The notes: a model not told the origin generated them from the letters alone. A stretch of 24,000 nt of DNA from Acidimicrobiales bacterium (GCA_035502515.1 DATJUH010000309.1:9279-33278), one strand, 5' to 3'; shown: positions 1 to 8,098, counted from the first letter of the stretch. Program-made: numbers and translations.

Positions 1-395
1 AGGTCGCATCCCTCCATGGCCCACAGCAACGCCTCCACCGGCTTGGCCGCGGCGGGGTCCACGTTCGCCGCCAGCGCCCAGACATCGATCATTTGCTCGA
101 CTATCTGGCCCACCCGCAAGATCGGGCTGTCAAGCGCCGTCCGTAGGTCCGCCAATGCCGAGGCCAGCTCGTCGCCGGCATTCGTTGCCGGGCCCAGATT
201 GTTGGCTTTCTTGTCCGCCAGGAGCCGGACGACGCCACCCGAATCTTGCGCCCGGAACAGAGCTTCTTTGGCCATGCCAAGATCTTTGCGGGCGACGTAC
301 CGTTGTTGGCTGGCGGACTGGCCGGCGGCGGCGCGGTGCCAGTGCCCCCGAAGGCCCGTCCGCTCTGACGATGTTGCATGTATGAAGTGGAGCAT
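1..395 (-). CDS. Hypothetical protein, partial (C-terminus off the left edge). Not in the ORF track because it has no stop in the window.
   Basis: My own translation of the minus strand from ATG at 395..393 gives MLHFIHATSSERTGLRGHWHRAAAGQSASQQRYVARKDLGMAKEALFRAQDSGGVVRLLADKKANNLGPATNAGDELASALADLRTALDSPILRVGQIVEQMIDVWALAANVDPAAAKPVEALLWAMEGCD..., open to position 1. Third codon positions are G/C-rich. The two listed ORFs here (16..399 +, 101..454 -) are Ala/Ser/Arg/Pro-rich shadow-like. GGAG lies about 11 nt upstream of the ATG; an internal Met (MAKEAL) is an alternative start. No family recognised. Confidence 0.45.
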   Translation of the reverse strand, partial: MLHFIHATSSERTGLRGHWHRAAAGQSASQQRYVARKDLGMAKEALFRAQDSGGVVRLLADKKANNLGPATNAGDELASALADLRTALDSPILRVGQIVEQMIDVWALAANVDPAAAKPVEALLWAMEGCD

Positions 396-521
396 GTAAC
401 CAGGATCTCCAACCAGGGCGGCCACGGACCAGGGCACAAGGTCATGGTGGCCAAGACCTTTTAGCACCCATCAAGTCGGCTCCGTTATGGCCAGTCCGGC
501 TGGCGGGCGTCCTCAACCGTT

Positions 522-535
522 GTTGGCGCGCCAAC
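522..535. promoter_or_regulatory. Perfect 14-bp palindrome GTTGGCGCGCCAAC in the divergent promoter region; candidate operator
   Basis: Read directly: the sequence equals its own reverse complement. It lies 37 bp upstream of the usp ATG (572), inside the 176-bp region between the divergent unknown CDS and usp. About 3 such palindromes are expected by chance in 24 kb at this base composition, so only the location adds weight. Confidence 0.25.
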
Positions 536-571
536 TGGCGCAGGAGCAACTCGCTCGGTAATGATGAGAAC

Positions 572-1039
572 ATGAGCGCAGGTTCATCTGAGCAGACTGA
601 CTTGGAGCCACGGACCGACCGTCCGATCGTCGTCGGCGTGGACGGTTCGGAAAACTCGGTGGGGGCGTTGGGCTGGGCCGCTGGCCAAGCGGTGTTAACG
701 GGAGCCCGCCTGAAAGTCATCACGACCTGGGAGTGGCCGACGACCTACGGCGGGCCCTTGCCATACCCCAGCGACTGGGATCCGACTGCGGATGCTCAGA
801 AGGTACTGGCACAGGCGGTCGAACTGGTGCGCAAGGACCACCCGCGCATCGAGGTAGACACGAGCGTGGTCGAAGGGCATCCGGCACCCGTACTGGTGGA
901 GGCCTCGCGGGGGGCGGAATTGCTCGTGGTCGGGAGCCGGGGTCACGGCGAATTCGTCGGCATGCTCTTGGGATCGGTCAGCGAGCACTGCGTCACCAAC
1001 GCTCACTGCCCGGTCCTCGTGCACCGCCGTGACGGCTGA
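572..1039 (+). CDS. Universal stress protein (UspA family)
   Basis: 155 aa. Has IVVGVDGSENS near the N-terminus and a C-terminal VVGSRGHGEFVGMLLGSVSEHCVTNAHCPVLVH (G-x2-G-x9-GS nucleotide-binding motif typical of the USP fold). Confidence 0.9.
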   Translation: MSAGSSEQTDLEPRTDRPIVVGVDGSENSVGALGWAAGQAVLTGARLKVITTWEWPTTYGGPLPYPSDWDPTADAQKVLAQAVELVRKDHPRIEVDTSVVEGHPAPVLVEASRGAELLVVGSRGHGEFVGMLLGSVSEHCVTNAHCPVLVHRRDG

Positions 1040-1124
1040 GCCCATTTCTCCTCAGCGCCACGCCGTAAAGATCACCATATGATGAGCCGAAGGCGGCATT
1101 GCGAAAAAGTCTTCGCCTATCATT

Positions 1125-1149
1125 GGCGGGGCGGCAGTGCCGCCCCGCC
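1125..1149. terminator. Bidirectional stem-loop terminator between convergent usp and ppdK
   Basis: GGCGGGGCGGC-AGT-GCCGCCCCGCC: a perfect 11-bp all-GC inverted repeat (effective stem about 10 bp with a 5-nt loop). It lies 18 nt after the ppdK stop and 86 nt after the usp stop. No adjacent U-tract; a smaller GCGAA-N6-TTCGC hairpin containing TTTTT lies just beyond it on the minus strand. Confidence 0.6.
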
Positions 1150-1166
1150 AACTACTTCCCGGCCAT

Positions 1167-3884
1167 TCAGCGCGAGGCGCTGACCGACCCGGCCACCGTC
1201 TTGGGCAGCGCCGCCCTGCCTGCTTCCAGCCGGGCAATGGGGACCCTGAAGGGCGAGCACGACACGTAGTCGAGGCCGACATCGTGGAAGAAGTGGATAC
1301 TGCGCGGGTCTCCTCCGTGCTCGCCGCACACACCTACCTCGATGTCCGGGTTGACCACCCGGGCTGTCTTCGTCGCCAGCTGCACGAGGGCGCCGACTCC
1401 TTCCTGGTCGATCGTTTCGAATGGCGAGGTCCCGAAAATGCCCATGTCTATGTAACGAGGGAAGAACGAGGCCTCACAGTCGTCACGAGAGAAGCCCCAG
1501 GTCGTCTGGGTCAGGTCGTTGGTCCCGAAGGAAAAGAAGTCGGCCGCCCCGGCAATCTGCCGGGCTGTCAAGCAGGCTCTGGGCAGCTCGATCATCGTCC
1601 CTATGACCTTTTCCAGGTGAACTCCCGATTCTTCAGCCACGGCATCGATCACAGCCTCGGCTATCTCCCGGACGTGCTCGAGCTCCTGGACGGAGCTAAC
1701 CACCGGGACCATGACCTCAACGACGGGGTCGCCACCTTCCTTGCGCCTCTGGGCGGCGGCTTCGGCTATGGCGCGCACCTGGAGTTCGACCAAGCCCGGT
1801 ATAGCCAGGCAAAGCCGCACGCCGCGCAACCCCAGCATGGGGTTGGCCTCGTGCAGCCGGCGGACGGCCGGCAAGAGCCGCTCGGCTTCCTCGTCATGGC
1901 GGTCCTCGGCCTCGGCCACGGCCGCCCGCACTGACAATTCGGTGATGTCCGGCAGGAACTCGTGCAGTGGAGGGTCTATGAGGCGGATGGTGACGGGCAA
2001 TCCGTCCATTTCTTTCAGAATGGCCGCAAAGTCCGCCCTCTGGAGCGGCAGCAGGGCGTCGAGAGCGGCCTTGCGTTCTGCCTCATCCTCTCCGGCCAGG
2101 ATGAGCCGCTCGACCAGGCGCCGCCTCTCACCGAGGAACATGTGCTCGGTGCGGCACAGCCCGATCCCGGCTGCCCCGAAGGCGCGGGCCCGTCGAGCGT
2201 CATCGGGCATGTCGGCATTGGCCCGCACGAACAGATGACGCCGGGCGTCAGCGTGATGCAGGAGCCGGGTCACCGAGGCAACGAGGTCGCGCGTCTCGAG
2301 GTCGGAGGCGGCGGCATCGAAAGTACCTTCGAAGAACTCGACCAGCGGAGAGGCGACCACGGGCACCTCACCCCGATAAACGGCGCCGGTTTTACCATCT
2401 ATCGAAATCACACCCCCCTCCGGGACGACCGAGCCGTCAGGGGCCGTAAATTGCCTGGCCACGGTGTCGATGCGCAGTCCCTGGGCGGCGACGACGCAGG
2501 TCTTCCCCATCCCCCGGGCGACAACGGCGGCGTGGCTCGTCTTGCCCCCTCGCCGGGTCAGGATCCCTTTGGCGGCCACCATCCCGGGCAAATCGTCCGG
2601 GTTGGTCTCGGTCCGGACCAGGATGACGGCCTCGCCCTTGGCCGCCCAGGCGGCGGCCGTGGCCGAGTCGAAAACCGCCTTTCCAACCGCCGCTCCCGGG
2701 CTGGCCCCCATCCCCGTCGTCAGGCAGGTGGTCGCGGCTGACTCGTCGAAGCGAGGGAACATCAACTCGGCCAACCCGGCCCCACTCACGCGGCCGAGGG
2801 CCTCGTCCAACGAGATCACACCCTCATCGACCAGCTGGGTGGCGATGCGGAAGGCGGCCGCCGCCGTACGCTTGCCCACCCTCGTTTGCAGCATCCAGAG
2901 CTTGCCGTTCTCGATGGTGAACTCGATATCGCACAGGTCCCGGTAATGGTGCTCGAGCGTGCTCATTATGTCCAGCAGTTGGTTGTATGCCGGCTCGTTC
3001 AGCTCCTCGAGGTGCTCGAGAGGCATGGTGTTGCGGATACCGGCGACGACATCCTCGCCCTGCGCATCCTGCAGGTAATCGCCATAGACGCCCCTGTTAC
3101 CGGTCGCCGGGTCACGGGTGAACGCCACCCCGGTGCCGGAGCTCAGGTTGAGGTTGCCGAAGACCATCGCCACCACGGTCACCGCCGTGCCCAGGTCGTC
3201 GGGTATCCGCTCCTGCCGCCGGTAAATACGCGCTCGCTCGCCGTTCCACGAATTGAAAACGCCGAGGATGGCGGCGTCGAGTTGCTCTCGTGGCGATGCA
3301 GGGAACTCGTCACCGGTCTGTCGCTCGACGATCGCCTTGTAGATGGTGACCAGTTCCTGCAGGTCGCCCACTTCCAGGTCGAGGTCCGTCGCCGCCTGCT
3401 TCTGTTTCTTCAGGTCCGAAAGGGCGGCTTCGAACAGGCTGCCGTCCACGCCGAGCACCGTCTTGGCAAACATCTGCACCAAACGGCGATAGGAGTCCCA
3501 CGCGAAGCGCTCGTCACAGGCCTGCTTGGCCAGCCCTTGAACGGAGACATCGTTGATGCCGATGTCGAGGACGGTATCCATCATGCCGGGCATGGAGAAT
3601 TTCGCCCCGCTTCGCACCGATACCAGCAGGGGGTCATCGGGATCCCCCAGCTTCTTACCCCTCTCGTGCTCCAAACGAGCCAGGTGCTCACTAATTTCGT
3701 GGTGCAGGCGTGGCGGCGGCGACCCGGTGGTCAGGAACGTCCGGCACGCTTCGGTTGTAATCGTGAACCCGGGTGGGACAGGTAGGCCCAGGTTGGTCAT
3801 TTCGGCGAGGTTGGCACCCTTGCCTCCCAACAGGTCGACCATCTTTCGGCTGCCCTCGCAAAAGTCATAAACATACTTGGCCAT
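1167..3884 (-). CDS. ppdK: Pyruvate, phosphate dikinase
   Basis: 905 aa. N-terminus is MAKYVYDFCEGSRKMVDLLGGKGANLAEMTNLGLPVPPGFTITTEAC. Contains the catalytic His motif GGKTSHAAVVARGMGK and the C-terminal PEP/pyruvate domain (GLCRTEHMF, SFGTNDLTQ). Start moved from 3899 to the second ATG (3884) because GGAGGAAAGG lies immediately upstream of it and MAKYVY is the family-typical N-terminus. Confidence 0.97.
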   Translation of the reverse strand: MAKYVYDFCEGSRKMVDLLGGKGANLAEMTNLGLPVPPGFTITTEACRTFLTTGSPPPRLHHEISEHLARLEHERGKKLGDPDDPLLVSVRSGAKFSMPGMMDTVLDIGINDVSVQGLAKQACDERFAWDSYRRLVQMFAKTVLGVDGSLFEAALSDLKKQKQAATDLDLEVGDLQELVTIYKAIVERQTGDEFPASPREQLDAAILGVFNSWNGERARIYRRQERIPDDLGTAVTVVAMVFGNLNLSSGTGVAFTRDPATGNRGVYGDYLQDAQGEDVVAGIRNTMPLEHLEELNEPAYNQLLDIMSTLEHHYRDLCDIEFTIENGKLWMLQTRVGKRTAAAAFRIATQLVDEGVISLDEALGRVSGAGLAELMFPRFDESAATTCLTTGMGASPGAAVGKAVFDSATAAAWAAKGEAVILVRTETNPDDLPGMVAAKGILTRRGGKTSHAAVVARGMGKTCVVAAQGLRIDTVARQFTAPDGSVVPEGGVISIDGKTGAVYRGEVPVVASPLVEFFEGTFDAAASDLETRDLVASVTRLLHHADARRHLFVRANADMPDDARRARAFGAAGIGLCRTEHMFLGERRRLVERLILAGEDEAERKAALDALLPLQRADFAAILKEMDGLPVTIRLIDPPLHEFLPDITELSVRAAVAEAEDRHDEEAERLLPAVRRLHEANPMLGLRGVRLCLAIPGLVELQVRAIAEAAAQRRKEGGDPVVEVMVPVVSSVQELEHVREIAEAVIDAVAEESGVHLEKVIGTMIELPRACLTARQIAGAADFFSFGTNDLTQTTWGFSRDDCEASFFPRYIDMGIFGTSPFETIDQEGVGALVQLATKTARVVNPDIEVGVCGEHGGDPRSIHFFHDVGLDYVSCSPFRVPIARLEAGRAALPKTVAGSVSASR

Positions 3885-3904
3885 GAGCCTTTCCTCCATT
3901 TCTA

Positions 3905-3980
3905 AGGCATTAGCACCCTGCGGCTCACTAATTCTCTTCCCGGATGTACCTTGCTTTCTTTTGACACAATTATCCCGCCC
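3905..3980 (-). promoter_or_regulatory. AT-richer intergenic stretch; candidate ppdK promoter region
   Basis: This stretch has the lowest local G+C in the window. The minus strand carries GATAAT (rc of 3969-3974) about 85 nt upstream of the ppdK ATG and TGCTAAT nearer the start. No convincing -35 element. Candidate only. Confidence 0.25.
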
Positions 3981-3991
3981 GCCACGCAGGC

Positions 3992-4011
3992 GGCCCTAGG
4001 GGAAAAGGGCC
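3992..4011 (-). terminator. Weak stem-loop downstream of the ferredoxin gene; possible end of the por-fdx transcript
   Basis: GGCCCT-AGGGGAAA-AGGGCC (6-bp stem, 8-nt loop), 30 nt after the fdx stop. No U-tract, so it is weak as an intrinsic terminator. Confidence 0.3.
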
Positions 4012-4040
4012 CATTCGGCCCCGCTACCCCGGGCCTGCAG

Positions 4041-4265
4041 TCATTCCGACACGTGGATGCATTCGCCGGCGCATTGCGCCTCGGCATCGCGAACGACCTC
4101 TTCCAGATCCGGCGGGACGGTGACGGCCGGTATGCCGTCCACCAGTCCTGCGCTTTCGCCCTTTACGTGGGCCAGGCCGTCGTCACCCATCTCGAAGACG
4201 TCCGGGCACAGGTCCTCACAAAGGGCGTCCCCGGTGCAGTAATCCTGCTCGATCCAGACTCTCAT
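4041..4265 (-). CDS. Small single-cluster ferredoxin (C-x2-D-x2-C...C type: [3Fe-4S] or Asp-ligated [4Fe-4S])
   Basis: 74 aa, MRVWIEQDYCTGDALCEDLCPDVFEMGDDGLAHVKGE...AQCAGECIHVSE. The motif CTGDALCEDLCPDVFEM closely parallels the Pyrococcus furiosus-type ferredoxin motif CIGDAICASLCPDVFEM as I recall it. AGGAGG lies 6 nt upstream of the ATG. The gene begins 36 nt after the por stop. Confidence 0.85.
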   Translation of the reverse strand: MRVWIEQDYCTGDALCEDLCPDVFEMGDDGLAHVKGESAGLVDGIPAVTVPPDLEEVVRDAEAQCAGECIHVSE

Positions 4266-4301
4266 GGCAGTTCCTCCTGTCTTTGTCCCCAGCTCGACGT
4301 G

Positions 4302-7300
4302 CTATCTCGTCCCTTTTGGCCGGCAGGCCGGTGGCTGCAGGCCTTCCTCATGTCCTTCGGCGTCTTCTTCCGCCTCCGGGGCCTTGCGCTCGACACCGGC
4401 CAGCTGGGTGTAGTAATGCCACCGTTCGGCGGTGTCCTCCTCGAGCAACTCGAGCAAGCGGTGAGCGTGTTCGGGGTCTTCCCGAGCCAGAGCGGTATAA
4501 CGTACCTCCGACCCGACAAAGTCGCTCACCGGGACAGATGGCTCTTTGGAATCGAGCTTGAAGGGGTGGCTCGAGGCCTCCTCTCCTGGGTGGTACCGGT
4601 ACAACGGCCAGTAGCCGGACTGCACCGCCTGCTTCTGGTGGCCCATCGAAAGAGCCATCTCGATGCCATGTTCGATGCACGTGGCATAAGCGATAATGAG
4701 CGACGGCCCGTGATAAGCCTCGGCTTCCAGGAACGCCTTTACCGTCTGGATGTCGTTGGCCCCCAGTGCTACCTGGGCCACATAGACGTTGCCGTACGAA
4801 CGGGCCACACTGGCCAGGTCCTTCTTCGGCGTGCCCTTGCCGGCGGCAGCAAACCGGGCCACCGCTCCTCGGGGCGTCGACTTCGAGGCCTGCCCGCCAG
4901 TGTTGGAGTAAACCTCCGTGTCGAGGACCAGGATGTTGACGTTCGCGCCCGAGGACAGCACCTGGTCCAGCCCGCCAAAACCTATGTCGTAGGCCCACCC
5001 GTCGCCGCCCACTATCCATACCGACTTGCGCACCAGGGAGTCGACCAGCACTTCAAGTTGCTCCACTTCGGGAGGGACGTGGCCCTTGTCTTTGATAGCC
5101 TGGAGGCGGGATTTCAACCGGCTGATGCGCTGGCGCTGGCCCGCGATCCCTTCCTCGGTACCCTCGGCAACGCCGGCGAGGACCGCCGTCGCCAGATCCT
5201 CGCCTAATTGCGGGGCCAACGAGGCCAAAAGGCGACGGGCCAGCCGTTCCTGCGCTTCCAGGCCCACCCTGATACCCAACCCGAACTCGGCGTTGTCCTC
5301 GAACAGCGAGTTGGCCCAGGCGGGGCCGCGCCCATCGGCGTTCACGGCCCACGGGGTCGTGGGCAAGTTGCCGCCGTAGATGGACGAGCAACCGGTGGCG
5401 TTGGCGATAAGGAGCCTGTCCCCGAAAAGTTGGGACAGCAGGCGCAAGTAAGGGGTTTCGCCGCACCCCGAGCATGCACCGGAAAACTCGAACAGCGGCT
5501 CGAGCGTGGCCGCCCCCTTCACAGTGTCGTGCGGCAACGCGCACCGGTCGACGGCCGGGAGGCTCTTGAAAAAGTCCCAGTTCACCAGCTCGGCCGGGCG
5601 CTGCGACGCGACGGGGGCCATGTTGATCGACCGGTGCTCCGGCTCCGTCTTGGACTTCGCCGGGCACACTTCGACGCAGAGCCGGCAACCGGTGCAGTCG
5701 TCGGGCGACACCTGGATCGACATCAGATGGCCGGTCAGGTCTTTCGACCGGAAGTCCTTCGACTGGAAACTGGCCGGCGCCTCGCCTGCCGCGTTCAGCG
5801 CTTCGGGCGAGAAGACCTTCATCCGTAGGGCGGCGTGGGGGCAGACGATGACACATTTTCCGCAGTCGGTGCAAAGCGACGGGTCCCACACCGGGATATC
5901 GACCGCCAACCGCCTCTTTTCCAGCTTCGACGTGCCGGCCGGGAACCGTCCATCCGGGGGCAGTGCAGAGGTGGGGAGCTCATCGCCCTCGCCCGCTATC
6001 AACGGCAGCGTCACCCGATGGACGAAATCGGCACCACCGGCCTGCTCCGCGGCCCGCGGGCCGAACTCGAAGTCCACGTCGGAGCCGGCCCCGGCTCGCG
6101 CTAGCGCCCGTTCGGGGATCTGCACTCGCTGCAGGCCGGCCAAGGCGGCGTCGATGGCGGCGAAGTTGCGGTCGACGATTGCTTGGCCTCGTTTGGCATA
6201 GCTCTTTTGGGCTGCATTCTTGATGCTCTCGATGGCCGCGCCGGCCGGTATCACCCCGGACAGAGCAAAAAAGCACACCTGCATGACGGTGTTGATCCGG
6301 TTGCCGAGCCCGGCCCCGCCGGCGATGCTGCCGGCGTCCACGACCCACATTTCCAGGTGCTTGGCCAGGATCTCGCCTCGCACCCAGCGGCTCAGGTGCG
6401 GCCAGACCTCATCGGGGCCCCAGGAACAGTTGAGCAAGAACTTGGCCCCATCCTTGGCCACGTCTAGGACATCGGCCCGTTCCATTAACCCGAACTGATG
6501 GCAGGCCACGAAATCAGCCCCGCTGACCAGGTACGTCGAACGGATTGGCGACGGGCCAAAGCGCAGGTGCGATACCGTCATCGCCCCCGACTTCTTGGAA
6601 TCGTAGACAAAATAGCCCTGGGCGTACAGCCCGGCGGCGCCCGAAATGATCTTGGCGCTGTTCTTATTGGCCCCCACGGTGCCGTCGGACCCGAGCCCGT
6701 AAAACACGGCCTGCAACTCGCGGGACGGACGAGGGAGCTGGTAGGCCGTGTCCCACTCCAAGCTGAGATTGGTCAGGTCGTCCTTTATCCCGACGGTGAA
6801 GTGGCGCTTCGGGCGCTCCCGGTCCAGTTCGTCGAAAACCGCTTTTGCCATGGCAGGGTTGAACTCTTTCGAAGACAGCCCATAGCGCCCGCCGATCACC
6901 AGCGGGCTCTCCAGGAAAGGAGCCGCCTCGCCCGCGCCGCTCATCGCCTCGTCGATGGCGGCCCGAACATCGAGGTACAACGGTTCGCCCACGCTCCCGG
7001 CCTCTTTGCAGCGGTCCAGTACGGCTATGGCCCTGGTCGTCGGCGGCAACGCCTTCACCAGGACCTCAGAGGGGAAAGGCCGGAACAGCCGGACCTTCAC
7101 CACGCCTACTCGCTCGCCTTCGGCCACCATATGGTCTACAACCTCTTCGATGGCGCCGCACCCCGAACCCATGGCCACGACCACCCGTTCGGCGTCGGGC
7201 GCGCCATGGTACTCGACGAGCCCATAGCGACGGCCAGTGCGGGCAAAAAGCCTGTCCATGTAATGAGCCACGATCGAAGGGACGGCCGCGTAATAGCGGT

Positions 7301-7994
7301 TACCCGCCTCCCGCCCCTGGAAAAACACATCCGGGTTCTGCGCCGTCCCCCGTACATCCGGCCGGTCAGGGCTCATGCCACGTGACCTGAACGCCAGTAC
7401 GGCGTCGGTGTCAACCAGGGAGCCAATGTCGGCGTCGCTGAGCGGGTCGATCGTGGCAATTTCGTGGGATGTCCGGAAGCCGTCGAAGAAGTGCAGGAAG
7501 GGGACACGTGACTCGAGGGCGGCCACATGGGCTACCAGAGCGAAGTCCTGCGCCTCCTGCACCGAGCTCGAGCACAGCATCGACCACCCCGTAGTCCGGG
7601 CGGCCATAACGTCCGAATGGTCCCCGAAAATGGACAGGGCGTGAGTGGCGACCGTACGGGCGGCCACGTGGATGACCGTGGGTAACAGCTCCCCCGCCAT
7701 TTTGAACATATTGGGAAGCATCAAGAGCAAACCCTGTGAGGCGGTGAAGGTGGTGGCCAGTGCCCCTTTTTGGAGCGCCCCGTGCAGTGCCCCCGCCGCC
7801 CCCGCCTCCGACTGCATCTCGACGATCTCGGGGATTTCACCCCACAGGTTGGGACGGCCTCTCGCCGCCCAGTCATCGGCGTGCTCGCCCATCGGCGAAG
7901 CCGGCGTGATCGGGTAAATGGCGATCACCTCCGCCAGCGAATAAGCGACGCGGGCGGCAGCCTCGTTGCCGTCGACGCAGATCCTGTCAGTCAT
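4302..7994 (-). CDS. por: Pyruvate:ferredoxin (flavodoxin) oxidoreductase, single-polypeptide NifJ/YdbK type
   Basis: About 1230 aa. N-terminus is DGNEAAARVAYSLAEVIAIYPITPASPMGE...MQSEAGAAGALHGAL. Has an internal 2x[4Fe-4S] domain (CTDCGKCVIVCPHAA, CTGCRLCVEVCPAK) and the TPP domain GGDGWAYDIGFGGLDQVLSSGANVNILVLDTEVYSNTGGQASKSTP. Start trimmed from GTG 8012 to ATG 7994 (MTDRICVDGNEA), with GGAGG about 11 nt upstream. Confidence 0.97.
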   Translation of the reverse strand: MTDRICVDGNEAAARVAYSLAEVIAIYPITPASPMGEHADDWAARGRPNLWGEIPEIVEMQSEAGAAGALHGALQKGALATTFTASQGLLLMLPNMFKMAGELLPTVIHVAARTVATHALSIFGDHSDVMAARTTGWSMLCSSSVQEAQDFALVAHVAALESRVPFLHFFDGFRTSHEIATIDPLSDADIGSLVDTDAVLAFRSRGMSPDRPDVRGTAQNPDVFFQGREAGNRYYAAVPSIVAHYMDRLFARTGRRYGLVEYHGAPDAERVVVAMGSGCGAIEEVVDHMVAEGERVGVVKVRLFRPFPSEVLVKALPPTTRAIAVLDRCKEAGSVGEPLYLDVRAAIDEAMSGAGEAAPFLESPLVIGGRYGLSSKEFNPAMAKAVFDELDRERPKRHFTVGIKDDLTNLSLEWDTAYQLPRPSRELQAVFYGLGSDGTVGANKNSAKIISGAAGLYAQGYFVYDSKKSGAMTVSHLRFGPSPIRSTYLVSGADFVACHQFGLMERADVLDVAKDGAKFLLNCSWGPDEVWPHLSRWVRGEILAKHLEMWVVDAGSIAGGAGLGNRINTVMQVCFFALSGVIPAGAAIESIKNAAQKSYAKRGQAIVDRNFAAIDAALAGLQRVQIPERALARAGAGSDVDFEFGPRAAEQAGGADFVHRVTLPLIAGEGDELPTSALPPDGRFPAGTSKLEKRRLAVDIPVWDPSLCTDCGKCVIVCPHAALRMKVFSPEALNAAGEAPASFQSKDFRSKDLTGHLMSIQVSPDDCTGCRLCVEVCPAKSKTEPEHRSINMAPVASQRPAELVNWDFFKSLPAVDRCALPHDTVKGAATLEPLFEFSGACSGCGETPYLRLLSQLFGDRLLIANATGCSSIYGGNLPTTPWAVNADGRGPAWANSLFEDNAEFGLGIRVGLEAQERLARRLLASLAPQLGEDLATAVLAGVAEGTEEGIAGQRQRISRLKSRLQAIKDKGHVPPEVEQLEVLVDSLVRKSVWIVGGDGWAYDIGFGGLDQVLSSGANVNILVLDTEVYSNTGGQASKSTPRGAVARFAAAGKGTPKKDLASVARSYGNVYVAQVALGANDIQTVKAFLEAEAYHGPSLIIAYATCIEHGIEMALSMGHQKQAVQSGYWPLYRYHPGEEASSHPFKLDSKEPSVPVSDFVGSEVRYTALAREDPEHAHRLLELLEEDTAERWHYYTQLAGVERKAPEAEEDAEGHEEGLQPPACRPKGTR

Positions 7995-8075
7995 GGCCGG
8001 GCCGACCTCCACTAGTACTTGTGCAGCTGGCTGGTGCCTGCTACTACAACTTCTACTGGTGGTAGCCGTGACCGG

Positions 8076-8098
8076 CCTAGGGGACTTAGTCCCTCAGG
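8076..8098. promoter_or_regulatory. 23-bp dyad CCTAGGGGAC-TTA-GTCCCTCAGG with a perfect core GGGACT-T-AGTCCC; DosR/DevR-box-like candidate operator upstream of por
   Basis: Read directly. The core at 8081-8093 has exact 6-bp arms identical to the half-sites of the mycobacterial DosR consensus TTSGGGACTWWAGTCCCSAA, but with one central base instead of two. The outer arms match 8/10. It abuts and overlaps the hypA stop codon (8094-8096) and lies about 90 bp upstream of the por ATG, ahead of an AT-richer stretch (8011-8066). The loop would be too short for a stable RNA hairpin. Confidence 0.4.

Noticed and set aside
561-575. Four-codon mini-ORF ATGATGAGAACATGA (MMRT*) whose stop overlaps the usp ATG; possible uORF.
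   Set aside because: It has no SD sequence, is very short, and shows no sign of conservation from a single sequence. Most likely coincidental.
1079-1183. 34-codon + strand ORF (MMSRRRHCEKVFAYHW...) in the usp/ppdK convergent gap.
   Set aside because: It runs straight through the 11-bp GC terminator stem and into the ppdK 3' end, is Arg-rich, and has no SD sequence. Not credible as a gene.
1431-1535. DosR half-site-like strings inside coding sequence: GGTCCCGAA at about 1436 and 1526 in ppdK; TAAGTCCCGG at about 14511; GGGACCCGCTCCC at about 16681.
   Set aside because: These are single half-sites or poor dyads within ORFs with no partner half-site. Such strings are expected by chance in GC-rich coding DNA.
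3961-3966. Perfect TTGACA -35 hexamer on the + strand in the ppdK upstream region.
   Set aside because: There is no plausible -10 hexamer at 16-19 bp and no + strand gene downstream, only the antisense of fdx/por.
3992-4016. Possible third DosR-like site CCCTAGGGGAAAAGGGCCC upstream of ppdK; it shares CCTAGGGGA with the 8076 site.
   Set aside because: Only about 7-8 of 14 core positions match GGGACTWWAGTCCC. The symmetry present (GGCCCT/AGGGCC) is better explained as a stem-loop following the ferredoxin gene. Kept only as a weak terminator feature.
3951-5207. Many long ORFs antisense to or overlapping the annotated genes, e.g. 3951..5207 +, 4348..5019 -, 5053..5889 -, 6498..7385 +, 11942..12745 -, 14589..15527 +, 16260..17204 -, 17524..18669 -, 19253..20176 +, 22436..23398 +.
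   Set aside because: Their translations are Arg/Pro/Gly/Ala-rich low-complexity sequence typical of shadow frames in high-G+C DNA. Each lies fully inside a gene whose product carries unambiguous family motifs. No independent coding signal is visible.
8040-8066. Imperfect hairpin GCTACTAC-N11-GTGGTAGC in the hypA-por spacer.
   Set aside because: The stem is 8 bp only with a G-U pair on the + strand, and it has a C-A mismatch on the transcribed (-) strand. It is more likely just part of the AT-richer promoter-like stretch.
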